From the NCBI GenBank assembly GCA_964035545.1, contig OZ037770.1:1364001-1428000 (forward strand): a stretch of DNA of 64,000 bases, written 5' to 3'. This document shows, one piece after another, positions 37,401 to 56,796 of the stretch (position 1 is its first letter; each line of letters opens with the position of its first letter). The DNA comes from Bugula neritina. Lineage: Eukaryota; Animalia; Bryozoa. A model generated the notes under the pieces. That model was not told the DNA's origin, ran no database searches, and saw only the letters and a program-made list of their open reading frames with translations. The translations under genes were made by a program, and so were the position numbers.

Positions 37401-37501
37401 CGGTTTACAGACCGAATCAAACTGTATCGGAATGGCACGCTCTAAAGAAATTAAAGGAAAGTAGATATTTGCGAACTTCCTCTTCTACTAAACCGCCTTG
37501 A
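31462..37501 (+). CDS. SYT7: Synaptotagmin-7-like (446 aa; TM helix, C2A, C2B)
   Basis: Exons 31462-31679, 31972-32086, 32325-32471, 33395-33617, 34307-34476, 36697-36811 and 37149-37501 total 1341 nt with matching phases. Syt7-type motifs: LPAKDxxGTSDPYV, LETKxKxKxLNPxWxETFxFEGFP, LQVLDFD..DPIGEV, LKAKDINGLSDPYVKV, RIEKKKT and SGxQEIKHWxxxxxRPxQxVxEWH. Confidence 0.85.
31808..31890 (+). mobile_element. tRNA-derived short repeat family A (degenerate) in Syt7-like intron
   Basis: gtagcccctgtagt..gcctgcttgca..gttcaaatcccagtgggggcaa. Confidence 0.65.
33065..33131. repeat. Near-perfect 31-bp inverted repeat (hairpin) in Syt7-like intron
   Basis: aacatctttgacagctttccaatagctagtt, loop tgatc, aactagctattagaaagctttcaaagatgtt; 29 of 31 positions complementary. 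Confidence 0.9.
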
Positions 37502-38123
37502 GAACTGACCTTAAAACTTTTAGAGGTCATTTCAATAGGATTAGAATATGAAAATGCTCAGATAAATTTTGAATCTTAAATGGTAGTAACTACAATATAA
37601 ACATTAACTTCTCTGAAGTTTTCTCATTTATTTGTATCATTTACACTCAAGTCTTGCTAGTTATTGTTTCAAGACAAATGTTTATGTTATTACCAATTAG
37701 TTATTACTCGTGCCGTTTAATATGAAAGTAGTGTGTAAACAGAGAATCCATGTTGTCAATATTTTTTATCAAATTGATGCAATGAAGATCTGTCTTGTCG
37801 AACCAGTATTTAATTATTATTCTTTTTAAAGACACAATCTGATACCAATAACCAATAAACAAAATACATATACAATAAGAATAAAATTTAATAGAGTGCA
37901 TAGATTCAAATTAGAAAAATAAACCAAATAATAACAAATATGATGCTGAACACTTATATTGTAGGGAGATTTTGTTTACTAAAATCATCCAATCAGAATA
38001 ATGACACATTGCTACTATAATTCACCAGGATTTCTCAATTGACAACATTTGAGCAACAGATCTGAATATCACAGTATTTTACTTGGTTAAAACATCTAAT
38101 AAAATTTTACAACCTATCATTGC

Positions 38124-45108
<6,985 letters not shown>

Positions 45109-45714
45109 TGCATAGCATTACATACAATCACCCTGAACTAACCGCAATGTACTACTAGTTAAGCTAATACATAGCAAAATCAATTTACAATGGCATTCAC
45201 CTGCCTGGTGAAAGACAATAGAAATATATGTGTATATTGATTAGCAGTGAACTTAATACAAACAACTTATACAATGATATGGCTTTGAGTGTAAAGCTAA
45301 TTTTACTCTGAAATACACCAACACTGCAGTTATTTTAGATTTAAGTGAGATGCTAGTTATCAAAATAAAATATGACCTCAACTTATCCAAGCAGTTTGAT
45401 AATATGAGAAACCAGCTTTGAGTTTCAGTTTAACTCTAGAAAAATAAAGGAAGGGAAAAAAATGAAATGAAAGTCTAGAACTATTTATTTCAGTTTATAA
45501 AAATATTTTTTTTACAGTTGATAGGTTGAATAGCAAAAGTAAAGTCCTTCTCATATTCAAACAATATCTTCACTCTGTACATTTACGTGGAATACATAAG
45601 CCTGGATATGGACATCAATACAGTGCTGACCAATAGCAAAGTTAATTATTCCGAAATATTAAATGAACTTTGATATTCTATACACTAGAGGATGTTGCAA
45701 TAAGGCAATGATAT

Positions 45715-47912
45715 CTACAGCACAGCGGGTGAAGCACCAACAGCAAACAACTTAACATCTCGGTCTGTAACTTTGTAGTGATACGTTTCAGCGTCACCCC
45801 TACCAGAAGTGAGTGAATTCAGTCTGTGGATTCGTAACTACAATGAATATAAGATGAGAAAGTTTGTGGTGGTCACCGTAGCAACGGAGAATAAACAACA
45901 TGGCGGCCACTGAGTTCCGAAAAATATAGCAGCTTATATTATAAATGCGCAAACTTAAATTTCCCTGTTAGTAGCCATGTCAGTTGGCAATTAAAGAAAA
46001 CTGCAAGTGGAGTAGCTAAACTCCAGTACCACTACGATTTTCCATCATTAAATTCATGATACATTTAATAAAAATTAAAAACAAATGTAGGGAAGTAAAG
46101 TTACAAAAGTGGTCTTTGAACTTTTATATATATTATTTACAGATAAAACGGAAAAATTTATGGGAATATTGAAAATTTATTTCAAAGATTATTATATAAA
46201 ATGCTCAAATCGTGCACCGCTATGCTTTATATACCTTATATCTCAAGTCTAAGCCATGATACAAAACAAAAAGTTAATAAGCGAGCACAAAGTTTCAAGA
46301 GAGGGCAACTTTGAAAAACTTTAAATAAAGTGGTTGTGAGACCCTGATAAATCATTTTCTTACCAATAAAGTATAATGTATGATTATTGCTTAGTAGGAA
46401 AACCTTGATGTCTTTCGAAACCCTAAACATGCAGGGCTTTCAGTATACAAATTTACGAGTATAAAATAAAATCCAAAACTCGAAGACTGCCAATAATTTC
46501 CATTCCGTCTTTAGTTTGAAAAACAAGATGGTATATAGAGAAAAGCAGCATGAAACTCGTAGAGGTGGGACGTGGTTGATTTCAGATACATTTGGTTGTT
46601 CTAAAACCACAAGAACAACTCAGGCTACGTCTGATATACATGCGGCCATCTTACCTGTCCGTGAACGTCCTTAGAAAGACCGGTACTTAACTCGTCTACG
46701 TGAAACAGCAACTCTGACCAATGAGAGAGCTGCTTGTCCAGAGAGACCGCCTCCTCGCTGTGAGTGGACTCGGATAGCCTGAGAGAGGTGGTCACAATAG
46801 TAGATACGCAGGTACAACTAGTTTTCAGTTCACACACCATGTGTAATATGTCTGCTGTGGTCACACCTGGGATATATGAGAATAGTGGCTATAGCAAATT
46901 TTCTTTCTTTGGCTGCTTGAAGGGATGCAATATAGGATCTGCTGGTCGCGAAAGAAGTGTATTGTGAATCAGTCAAAAAATATATTAATTTTTCAAACTG
47001 AGCTTTGAAAATATTTTGCAAATAAATGTAGAAGGATTACTTAACTATAATATTATTTAGTATACACCCAGCAAATTATGACCCAGAATTAAAATTTGCC
47101 TAAATTAATGAGAACGTACTATATGGGGTACTTTTATGTGCTGATTCTAACTATGCATGGCCAAAAATGCTGGAAAAGGAGGTTCTGCAACATTAAAGTG
47201 CAGTGTTAGTGTCATGTGATCTAAATACATATTCACAGACTGCAACGAAAAACTCATTACGGTCTATATATCTCAATTTGCCAAAAAAATATTAGGAAAA
47301 CGCATATAAAATCAAGTAAAGCACAAAAACCGTAATTATTTATTTGCATTTGCCAACATTTTAATAGTTTAAGGCAAAAATTATATACCTTAGTAGGAGA
47401 ATTGTAAAAAATAGCCCAAAACAAGAAATACTGAGTGTGTACTAAATTAAGTAATATGGTCCAGAAAGCAAGGTAACAATTTATAACATGTTCTTCCTAT
47501 TTACTAAGTAAATGTGGAAATACAAAACTAAAGCACTACTGTTTTAGATAGTAGTATCTAATTAGAGCACGAGGGGGGGGGATAATTCCCTACTAACTAA
47601 TCAGGTAACTAACCGATGTCATGTAATGCTGTCAGATCGTCGAGTATGAGTAAACATGGCTGCCGGGAAGTGGTGGGAGGAGACAACTTGTCTTTGACAG
47701 CGCTGACGATACTCGATAATGGGTCACGGGTAATATGTGTGTCATCTTTCTCTTTCTGTAGGAATTAACAACTGCATTCAATACTTTACTAAACTAAGTT
47801 AAGACTTGATTTGCTGAATCAATATTCAAACACAAAACCGAGTTCGTGTTGCAGCAAAGTCACAGTGTTTCAGCAATGAATCTTTTTAGAATGTTTCTCA
47901 AAATTCAATCTG

Positions 47913-47981
<69 letters not shown>

Positions 47982-49745
47982 CAGTTTAATTGGGAAATCT
48001 TCAAATAAATCAATAGTTTTTTAGTCCATGCACCGGAATTACGTCTCAGCTTTTTCCTAACAAAAAATAGTTTTCTGACGCCAAATAGAATTATTAAACA
48101 GAATCTACCTCCTATCAAGGCAACCTTCAAACCAGAATTAACATTTAATTTAAAAAGTAATTTTACTCAACAGAAATTATTCTTTATACACTCACTTACA
48201 TGACCTTGAAATTTATATACCTACTGATATGACCTTGAACTTTATACACTTACCGAAGTGCTAGAGTCCTCCATTAGTAGTGTGAGAAGAGATACGAAAG
48301 TGAATTGAGACTCATTCGCGGCTCTCTCTAAGTTAACTCCTAGTTTACTTTCAATAAGTTTATACTGTGTGAGGGACTGACTGCAACTTACTAGACAAAC
48401 CTGGAAGACAAACAAGGATATATGTATGAAAGTTCATAATTAGCAACAGACAGCAGCTATGAGCATTATGTTGAAACTATAAAATGAAAGCTATATGAAA
48501 AAAGCTTTTAAAACCTCAACAAAAATAGAAATTACACTAAAATATTAAGTACAGTAAAAATAGAAATTACACTTTAGAGATAACTTACGAGTTAAATTAA
48601 TTAATTAATTTATTTAAATAAAATTGTTCACCATAAAATCAAGTATTTGAGATGTATAATAATTAAACATATTTCTTAGTAAACTGCAAACCATACTTTG
48701 ATTATATTTATAATATAGATGGAACTAGAATAAAATTAGGATATGGGTTCACATTATATAAAGTCTAACTAAGATATACATTGGCCAAGAAAATGGAAAA
48801 AATAGGATACAAATTCTAGTTACCTAAATGTAAATTTTAATTCAAGTACAACTTTCATCTCTAATGCAGGTTGTACCCAAATTATATATTATTTTTTAAC
48901 ATAGCAATTCAATTAAACTTTTATGGGTGACAAATTTTCAATGCAGGGCAATATGCTTCAAATTAACAACTTATTGCATATTTACCAAAAATCAAAACGG
49001 GTGATAGTAGATCATTAAGAGTTAAACCAATAAAAGCTTAAAACATGTGGAGTAGCAAGAAATAATTTTTTTTGTAAGAAAATCTCCAAATCAGAAATAA
49101 CAAGCAACTTTTTTTCACATACATTTGCTATCAAACCTAGGAATAAAAATAATAAACTATTGAAGTGGCAAACGAAATCTGAACTAAAATTTATTAAATG
49201 CACCTTATCACAATAGAAGCGGTACAGGTAAAACCCTATGACAGCAGATTTGGTACAGGTAAACGTTATCACAGTAGAAGCGGTACAGGTAAACCTTATC
49301 AGAGTAGATGTGGTACAGGTAAAAAGTGAGCATATTAATATTAGATTTCCAAAAACAACAAATTACATCTTACAGCAAAGTAGAGGGAAAAATTGATATG
49401 AAAAATCATTCAAATATTTATCAATTCATGTCAAAGAAAAGTAACACCAATTACCGTTTGCTTTTTCTACAAATTGAAAAAAGCCTCATATTTCATAACC
49501 TCATTTATTCGCTCCCTTTGTCATTAATTTTAACTAAAGTAAAAGTTGGAAACTTGCCAAATAAAGCCAATACCTCATTTACTTACACGAAAAGAGTTTT
49601 TGATGAAGTAGCTGAGAAAATGGTGGAGTAGAAATGAGTAATTAGCGAGACCGGCTCCACTGGCCTCCCCGCTGATGTGCATGAACTCTACATTCTCCAG
49701 GGGCTCCGAGTCAACTCTGAGCAGCTTGTGGAGACTTTCAAACAT
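45715..49745 (-). CDS. ELP6: Elongator complex protein 6 (260 aa)
   Basis: Exons 49745-49587 (MFESL..SFLLHHFLSYFIK), 48400-48254 (VCLVSCSQSLTQY..KLGVNL), 47755-47614 (LLILDDLTAL), 46866-46655 (LSTGLSKDVHGQ) and 45837-45715 (YHYKVTDRDVKLFAVGASPAVL*). Total 783 nt. These match recalled ELP6 signature segments. Confidence 0.93.
47915..47978. repeat. (TA)n microsatellite
   Basis: Directly visible, in an ELP6 intron. Confidence 0.95.
49203..49323. repeat. About 30-bp minisatellite x4 (ccttatcacagtagaagcggtacaggtaaa-like)
   Basis: ggtacaggtaaa recurs four times at about 30-bp spacing in an ELP6 intron. Confidence 0.85.
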
Positions 49746-50844
49746 GTCCGCACAGGAAGTGAGACCTGAACAGACAGACAATAACAGAAAATATATACAG
49801 AGATTGACAACCTAAATTTTATATCAACTATAAAGTCAAAAACTACAATACTGAATACGGAGACTTATAAAGTCAAATGCCACATTCAAATTTTGTAAAA
49901 ACTTACCTCAACTATAAATACAGGAGAGTTGAAATAGTATTATTTATGTGAAATAATCAGTATAAATAAAAATTTGCAGAATCAAAGTAGCTTAAAGCGA
50001 TACAAATAATTATCTTTATGTAAAAATTCATACATGATCATTACAAAATGAATAATATTTATAATAATTTATGACAAATATAAGTATAATATGAAGAATG
50101 CCTAATCAAAATGAGATTATAATTTAGGCCTACATGCTAAGGTTAAGCACATTCATTATGCTATTCTTTTATAGTTATAACAAGAAAGTTGGAGTGGTAA
50201 AACTAAGTGAATGACAAATATACACTCACTTGCCAAAATAAAAAGATCAAAACTTCAAGCAACTAGATGTGCTAGCTTAGGGCTAGTAGTAGTAGTACTA
50301 CTACTACTAGTACTACGAGGTGGTAGTAGTATTGTACTAGTAGTACTAGTTACTAGTAGGTATCCATATCGCACCATCAATACTTAAATTTAATAATAGT
50401 GTTACTCAAACTGATACTGTTAAGGTTACTGTTAGTAGCCATTAGCCAACTAAATAAACGAGCAACGAATAGCAATTGTAAGAATCATTAGTAACCATTA
50501 TGATTATAAATATTAGCATTAAATTTGATAAATGTAACTCTGATACTAATAATAATAGTACTAATTCACTGTCACTTTTAGTAAAGCTAAATCAAAATAA
50601 ATTACTATTAGTAATAGTATTACTATTAGTATTACTATTAGTATTACTATAAATATTACTATTAGTATTACTATTAGGCTTAGCATTAGCACTCCTACTC
50701 CTAGTCCTACTCCTAGTACTACTTCACTTTACAGTTAACTGAGTTAAGTCAATAACTTGGAGTCAAAGTTTTAATTTTACTCCAACATTAAATATCTCTA
50801 ATTATTTTTTTGTGGTAAAATTCAAACTAAAATTGTGATTGACA

Positions 50845-51170
50845 ACTTACGAGTATATAATATAAAATTAGAAGAAAGAACAATTAACTTTTTGTCCTGT
50901 CGTTGAGTTGAATTTTCACATGCGGAAATGCGTTGAAAAGAATTTGGTTTGAGCGACTGTGGATTATAGCCGGTTTCGTATTACCGAAAAGAAGCCTGCA
51001 GCTTTCGTCACCTAAATCATGTTTTCCGTAATCAAAAAGCCCAGCTACGGCCAAGGTTGTAGTCTACGCATTTATTTTTTTTCAGTCTCTAAGTCATCAC
51101 ATAAAGAGGATTTTTTATCACTATGATTATATGACTATGAGCTTACACTTGTTCACAACCTAAGGTTAAT
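50845..51170. promoter_or_regulatory. Candidate bidirectional promoter ELP6/RWDD1
   Basis: Minus-strand donor (gtaagt) at about 50845-50850 and a possible plus-strand donor (aag|gttaat) at about 51165. Locally richer in CpG. Both ATG-bearing exons start with acceptors (49765 and 52038). Confidence 0.45.
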
Positions 51171-52039
51171 ATATTCTGTATCATTATACATTTGATATAC
51201 CGGAGCGTAAATTGGAATTTTAATTCTGTGCTGCCCCAGCCATACTCATACTCACAGTCATTAACTTCAAGTTCAACTTCAACTCATCAACTTCAAGCTC
51301 TATAATTTGAGCCTATAAGTATAAGTATAATAATAATTTTCGTGGTTAACCTTGACTTGGAGTTTGATATTTAGTTTGATTACTAGTACGAGTAGACGTA
51401 GTACTAATACTAATATTAGTGGTTGAAATTTGAGGACTTGCACTGACACTCACAGTAAGTGTAACATTGAGTAAATGTGACAGTTACTATTACTATTAGT
51501 ATTAGTAATAGTAACTGTTACTATTGCTATTGCTAATAGTAATAGTGTTAGTGTTATTGTTAGATTTACAACTTAAAGCTGGAGAAGTAAAAGTGAAGCT
51601 TAAACTGCATTGTTCTTTTAGGGCTTGTCACTTATCCACCCATCCGGTATCTACTTCTGGTACCACTACTGAGTACTAATACTGCTATTAGCAAAAGGCC
51701 AACTCACAAGGTCTAGACCAGTGAGCAGGGAAAGACTGGGGCTAGTACCAGTACTAACACTAGTACTAGTAATAGTAGCGTTAAAGTGAAACACTGTCAC
51801 TGTGATTGAAGCGTGGCTGTTGCAGTTACTTTAGTGAGTTATGTACATTCATTTCGCACAAGTATTGAGTAAATTATTCAAATTTCAATCAGTTGTTGTT
51901 ATACCTGATACCATAATTGCTCAATATCTTTACTCACTCTCTCTGAAAATCAGAACAGATTATAATTATTGCATTTGTTTGGGAAAAACAAAAGTTTCAT
52001 TTTATTTAGTATCAGTCGGATTGCTTCATCAATACAGCA

Positions 52040-55000
52040 ATGACTCCAGAAGAATGTAAAGAAGAGCAAATGGCAGAATTGGAGGCCCTAGAATCAATAT
52101 ATATTGATGAGTTAGAAGGTTGGACCATTTGATTCTCTACTTTTGACAACTTGGTATTCATTCAAAGATGTATTTTTTTCTAACTGTAGCAGGCTAATGT
52201 GAAGGTGTTTTATTCTAATACTGATACTGATTCTTGATATTGGATGGTTAACTTTACTAAGTTAGTAGGTGAAAGCAAAATTGTTTTTCTGTTAATATTA
52301 GTGAATTTTTAGTTTTTCTGTGAGATTAGGTTAGTTTATCAATATTTCTTGTATTTAGGAGTAAAAATTTTCTCATTTTCTAATGTAAGCTTATTTTAAA
52401 CTGAGTGACTAGTATGAAAAATGCCAGTTTTAGCAACTAAAATTATTTTTATAAATACTTGAACATATTAAATTTGATGTACTCGAAAATTAGTTTATCA
52501 CAAACTCTGGTAATTAAAATTAAATCTGAACTATTATTCTTTATTCTTATTTTGAATATTGCTGATTTATTAAATTTAAAGAATTGATTTTCCTGCCCTG
52601 TCCGTAAGATTGTATTAGTTCATATAGATGTGATTGATTTCATTCAATACATAATGTGTACATAATTCTTTGTATTTTACTGTCCTACTTCAAGCTACAA
52701 AGATGGCACTCTAATTCATCACAGCTGAATTTTCATAAAGTATAAACTCATTTTTATTTTGTAGTACACACTACTGAACCATACCCCAGTTTCACTATAA
52801 CCATATCTTCTCAGGGATTGGATGACCCAGAAAGGGAACAAGACTCAGGTAGGGTTGTCTTCCCATGCTGTATTGGCTCATGGCGGACATGTTGTTTATA
52901 TATTGTTACCATGGTTACACATGGTTTTGTTGCTATAGAGATGTGCGAGTTGATGTTCACATTCACCCCGCAGTACCCTGAGGAAGGGCCTGAGATTCTG
53001 ATAAACTTTGAGACTGAGAGGGAAGAAAGGATAGCAGAAATCTCGGCCATCAAGGATGCTGTGGTATACCAACCTTTAAATAATACATTTATTATATTAT
53101 ATTTAACTTCTAGGTACTAACTACTCACTACTACTCACTCACTGCTAGTCACTCACTATTAGTCACTAACTGCTAGTCACTCACTGCTAGTCACTACTAG
53201 TTACTCACCATTATTCACTCACTGCTAGTCACTCACTACTAGTCCTTCACTACTAGTCACTCACTGCTAGTTATTCACTGCTAGTCATTCACTACTAGTC
53301 ACTCACTACTAGTCACTCACTACTAGTCACGCACTACTAGCTTGTCACTACTATTCACTCACTACTCACTACCAGTTATACTTACCCACCTCTCTAAAGT
53401 TTGCATCTGCCAGACTATAACATATTTATTTTGACTCAAGTTATTTATATCTAAGTGCTGGTGCACTCAGACTTATCATTTGATTCTCTCACACTGGGCT
53501 AATTACAACCAACATACCCGATATATTTCGTGTATTCATTAGCCATCTTTTCCTTTAATTCTTATGAAATTTATATTTCGTTTATGCATTTTTGTCATGT
53601 CTTTTCTTTTTCCCGGTGTAGCATATTTTTCTTCTAATGTATTTTTGTTCACGGAGCTTTGCCATACTAATACCGACAGGTGGAGGAAAGTCTAGGGATG
53701 AGCATGGTCTTCACCATAGTGTCGGCCATCACAGACAAACTCAACGAGTACTTTGACGAAAACACCAGACTTCGTGAAGATGCCGCGGAGTTGGCTATTA
53801 AACTCGCGGAGGAGGCTGAGCGAGTGAGATATTTACGTTTTTGTTGAATGATTTGGTTATTATTTGGGAGTTGTCTTCCTAAATGTGAAAAGCTACATTG
53901 CAAATAGAACTGTATTGGGTGGTCAGGTTTTCATGACTCTTTGGTTTGACATTTATGATATTTTGCTGCAGTGGTGATTAAATCTTTTTTCCAGCAATTT
54001 ATATGCTAAATTCATTTTTCAGTAACCATTCACTTTTCACCTTTGACCCTCTCACTTAGATTCACTTTTCATGTGGAGCTGAAAATTAAATTCTATTGAA
54101 TTTTCTACATATCATCAAAAACATTATTTTTGTAACGTTAAACTTGTAAAGTTGTTCGAATATTGCACTGGCTAAACATGGTTTTGTGTTGATATTCAGT
54201 TTTGTAACATAAGCTGTCTTTCCCGTCGTCTGACTGGCTAATTTATCAGCGTGTTGGTATTGTCTTCTCCTGCTCCCAAATTAAATGGCTGTCCTTAACA
54301 TAGGGCTACTGGTTATAGCTCCACTACTGTTTGTTTCTTCAACTCTAAGGCTAATTTAGTTATGAATTAAAGTTGAGTTATTAGGTTAGATTCAACGAAT
54401 CTTTTTGATATTCATTATTCGTTTTATTAGTTTGCTCATCCTTGACCAACATTTTTAGTATCCAGATTTGATTTAAACAATTGTGATTATATAATTATAG
54501 TTCATTGCCAGTCACATTCTGTTATTTGAGTAGAAAAAGTTTGAAGGCACAAAGTGCACTGTGGAGAATTTCATGGCGTGGAAACTGAAGTTTGACGAGG
54601 AGCGGCAGAAAGAAAGGAAAGCAGCAAAGTTGAAGCTTGTCGACGCAAGTAAACTTACAGGTGTGCATAACTCCTATTAGATACTAGCTACTCATTAACT
54701 GTTACTTACTAGTAGTTACTCTCTACTGGTTGTTATTCACTATTCATTCACTACTAGTTACCAGTCACTAGCTGCTAAGTACTCACTCTCTACTGTAGTT
54801 ACTAGTTACTAAGTCGTTTATACTAGTTACTAACCAATATATACTATATTCTACTATTAACTGCTCACTACTTGTCACTCACCACTAGTTACTTGCTAGT
54901 GCGTTAGTAACTACTAGCAGTACGTACTCACTAGCCATTGGATACTCACTGCTTATTGCTAGCTTGTCACTACTAACTATTAATGTAAGGAATAAGTACT

Positions 55001-55897
55001 ATTGATTTTTTGTAGCTCTCTAAATTTTGCCTTTGCAAGCTATAATATATTACTTTCTATATGGGCATTCTGTGCATAAAGTATTTTTATCACAATATGC
55101 ACTTGTTTTACGTGCCGGACCTGCACCTGCATGTCATTTACCTCTGCTTACCAGTCTCATGTTAGCAAACTGAAACTCCAACTTCTTTTCTCTTTATATT
55201 ATTATAATTCTACCCTACTATTTCAGGTTACGAACTGTTCATGAGAGACAAGACCCTGGATGAGTCTGACCTTCAACTCTTAGACCCAGGTCTGTGTTCA
55301 GTACTCATGATTTCTGGCTATTTTTCTCTACTGTAAATTTCAATGTGCTGTTTAATAAAAAATATATTATTTATATGAGAAGTTAATAAGTAAAACTTTG
55401 AGAGTTGCTTCCTCTTTGTATTCATATTTAAACATTATCATGCTGAAGTCTGCAAGTCAGATTTTCAAACTGATGTTTTTCACCAACCATGATCTTAGCT
55501 TTAGGCATGAGTTGGTTCCAGTAATTTTGTAATAATGTCGCTATGTGAAGCATTGCGTTTCATTGCACACTGCCACTGAGAAGTATAACATAATAATTTA
55601 GTGTCTCTTTGCTGTGGATTCTTCTAGAAATATTCCCATTGACTACTAATATTGGGAGAATAACTCCTATAATAAAATGGCTGGCCCTCAAATAGTATTT
55701 TTTCAAAATATGGGATCTATAGTGTTCCCTCAAGTTTTTAGCTTTTTATTAAAGCTTTCATGTTTTGCATTTATTACCAAGACCTCTTTTAGTAAGACTG
55801 TACAATGTTTGTTGCTATATCTGTAGAGGATATTGGAGTGGTCGATGTAGATGAGTCATTGTTTGATGATATGGACGAATTGGAACTGGAAGACTAG
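52040..55897 (+). CDS. RWDD1: RWD domain-containing protein 1 (DFRP2/Gir2 orthologue; 230 aa)
   Basis: Exons 52040-52118 (EEQxxELEALESIY), 52765-52848, 52939-53063 (YPEEGP), 53680-53823 (EESLGMSMVFTIVSA), 54534-54660 (FEGTKCTVENFMAWKLKFDEE..KLTG), 55227-55289 (ELFMRDKTLDESDLQ) and 55827-55897 (VDESLFDDMDELELED*). Total 693 nt. Confidence 0.95.
53117..53375. repeat. About 14-bp degenerate minisatellite (actcactactagtc)n
   Basis: Directly visible in an RWDD1 intron. A more degenerate related tract lies at about 54685-54980. Confidence 0.85.
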
Positions 55898-56796
55898 CTG
55901 GTCATGTGACTTAGTGACACACGTCTGCCGTTATGTATTCAGTTATCACATCGGTGTTAATTTTTATATGAAACTTTTAAAATATGAAATAAATATAACT
56001 GTTGATTATCCGTGTTTATTTGTTTGTTCAAGTTTTCGCTTCATTGTTGGATGCACAAGTTATACAGCTTACAATTTATGAGTGATAACACCATATACTA
56101 TAGTATGCAGTTGATAGGTTCACATGTACTCGACAAAGCTCAATAACCTTCCATTTTTGCTATGATTACCCATAAACTGTTCTGTAGAATTTTTGGTGAA
56201 AATTATTTGAATTGTTCAGATTAATACATAATCATGATATATTAATTATATTTGCATCATAGTAAACTCTAACTTGAATGCATACAGTCTCTGTTCCTCC
56301 CACTTACTCTGTATGAACCCCTATGATGGTCTGTGCAAACTGACACAGGAGCTATTGCTCTTCCTCATATGAAAGCATTGCTCCGGCATGCATTCAAATC
56401 CTGGAACTAGTATGCATGGGGTATCAAACACGAAGACATAGCTGCTAAATTTCATGAGCTACAGCTGTGTGAGCTTGCATTGCAAATTTCAAAACTTTAA
56501 AACATTTTACAATGTTATAATCATGTCATATAGATAAACTGTAAAGTAAATTCTTATGAATACTCATAATTCTTTATTAATAATGGTAGCATATATATGT
56601 AACAAATTGCTATTTATATTTTATACTAAATAAACTGAATGTGTGTGGTGCATGTATAATTATGTTAAGAGGCTGCGACATGACATTCATAACATATAGC
56701 AGTATATCAAACTGATCCAATAAATTAATATTACACTATAAACTATAATTAGCATTCTCATCAAAGACATCATAATATTTTCTGGAAATGAACATC

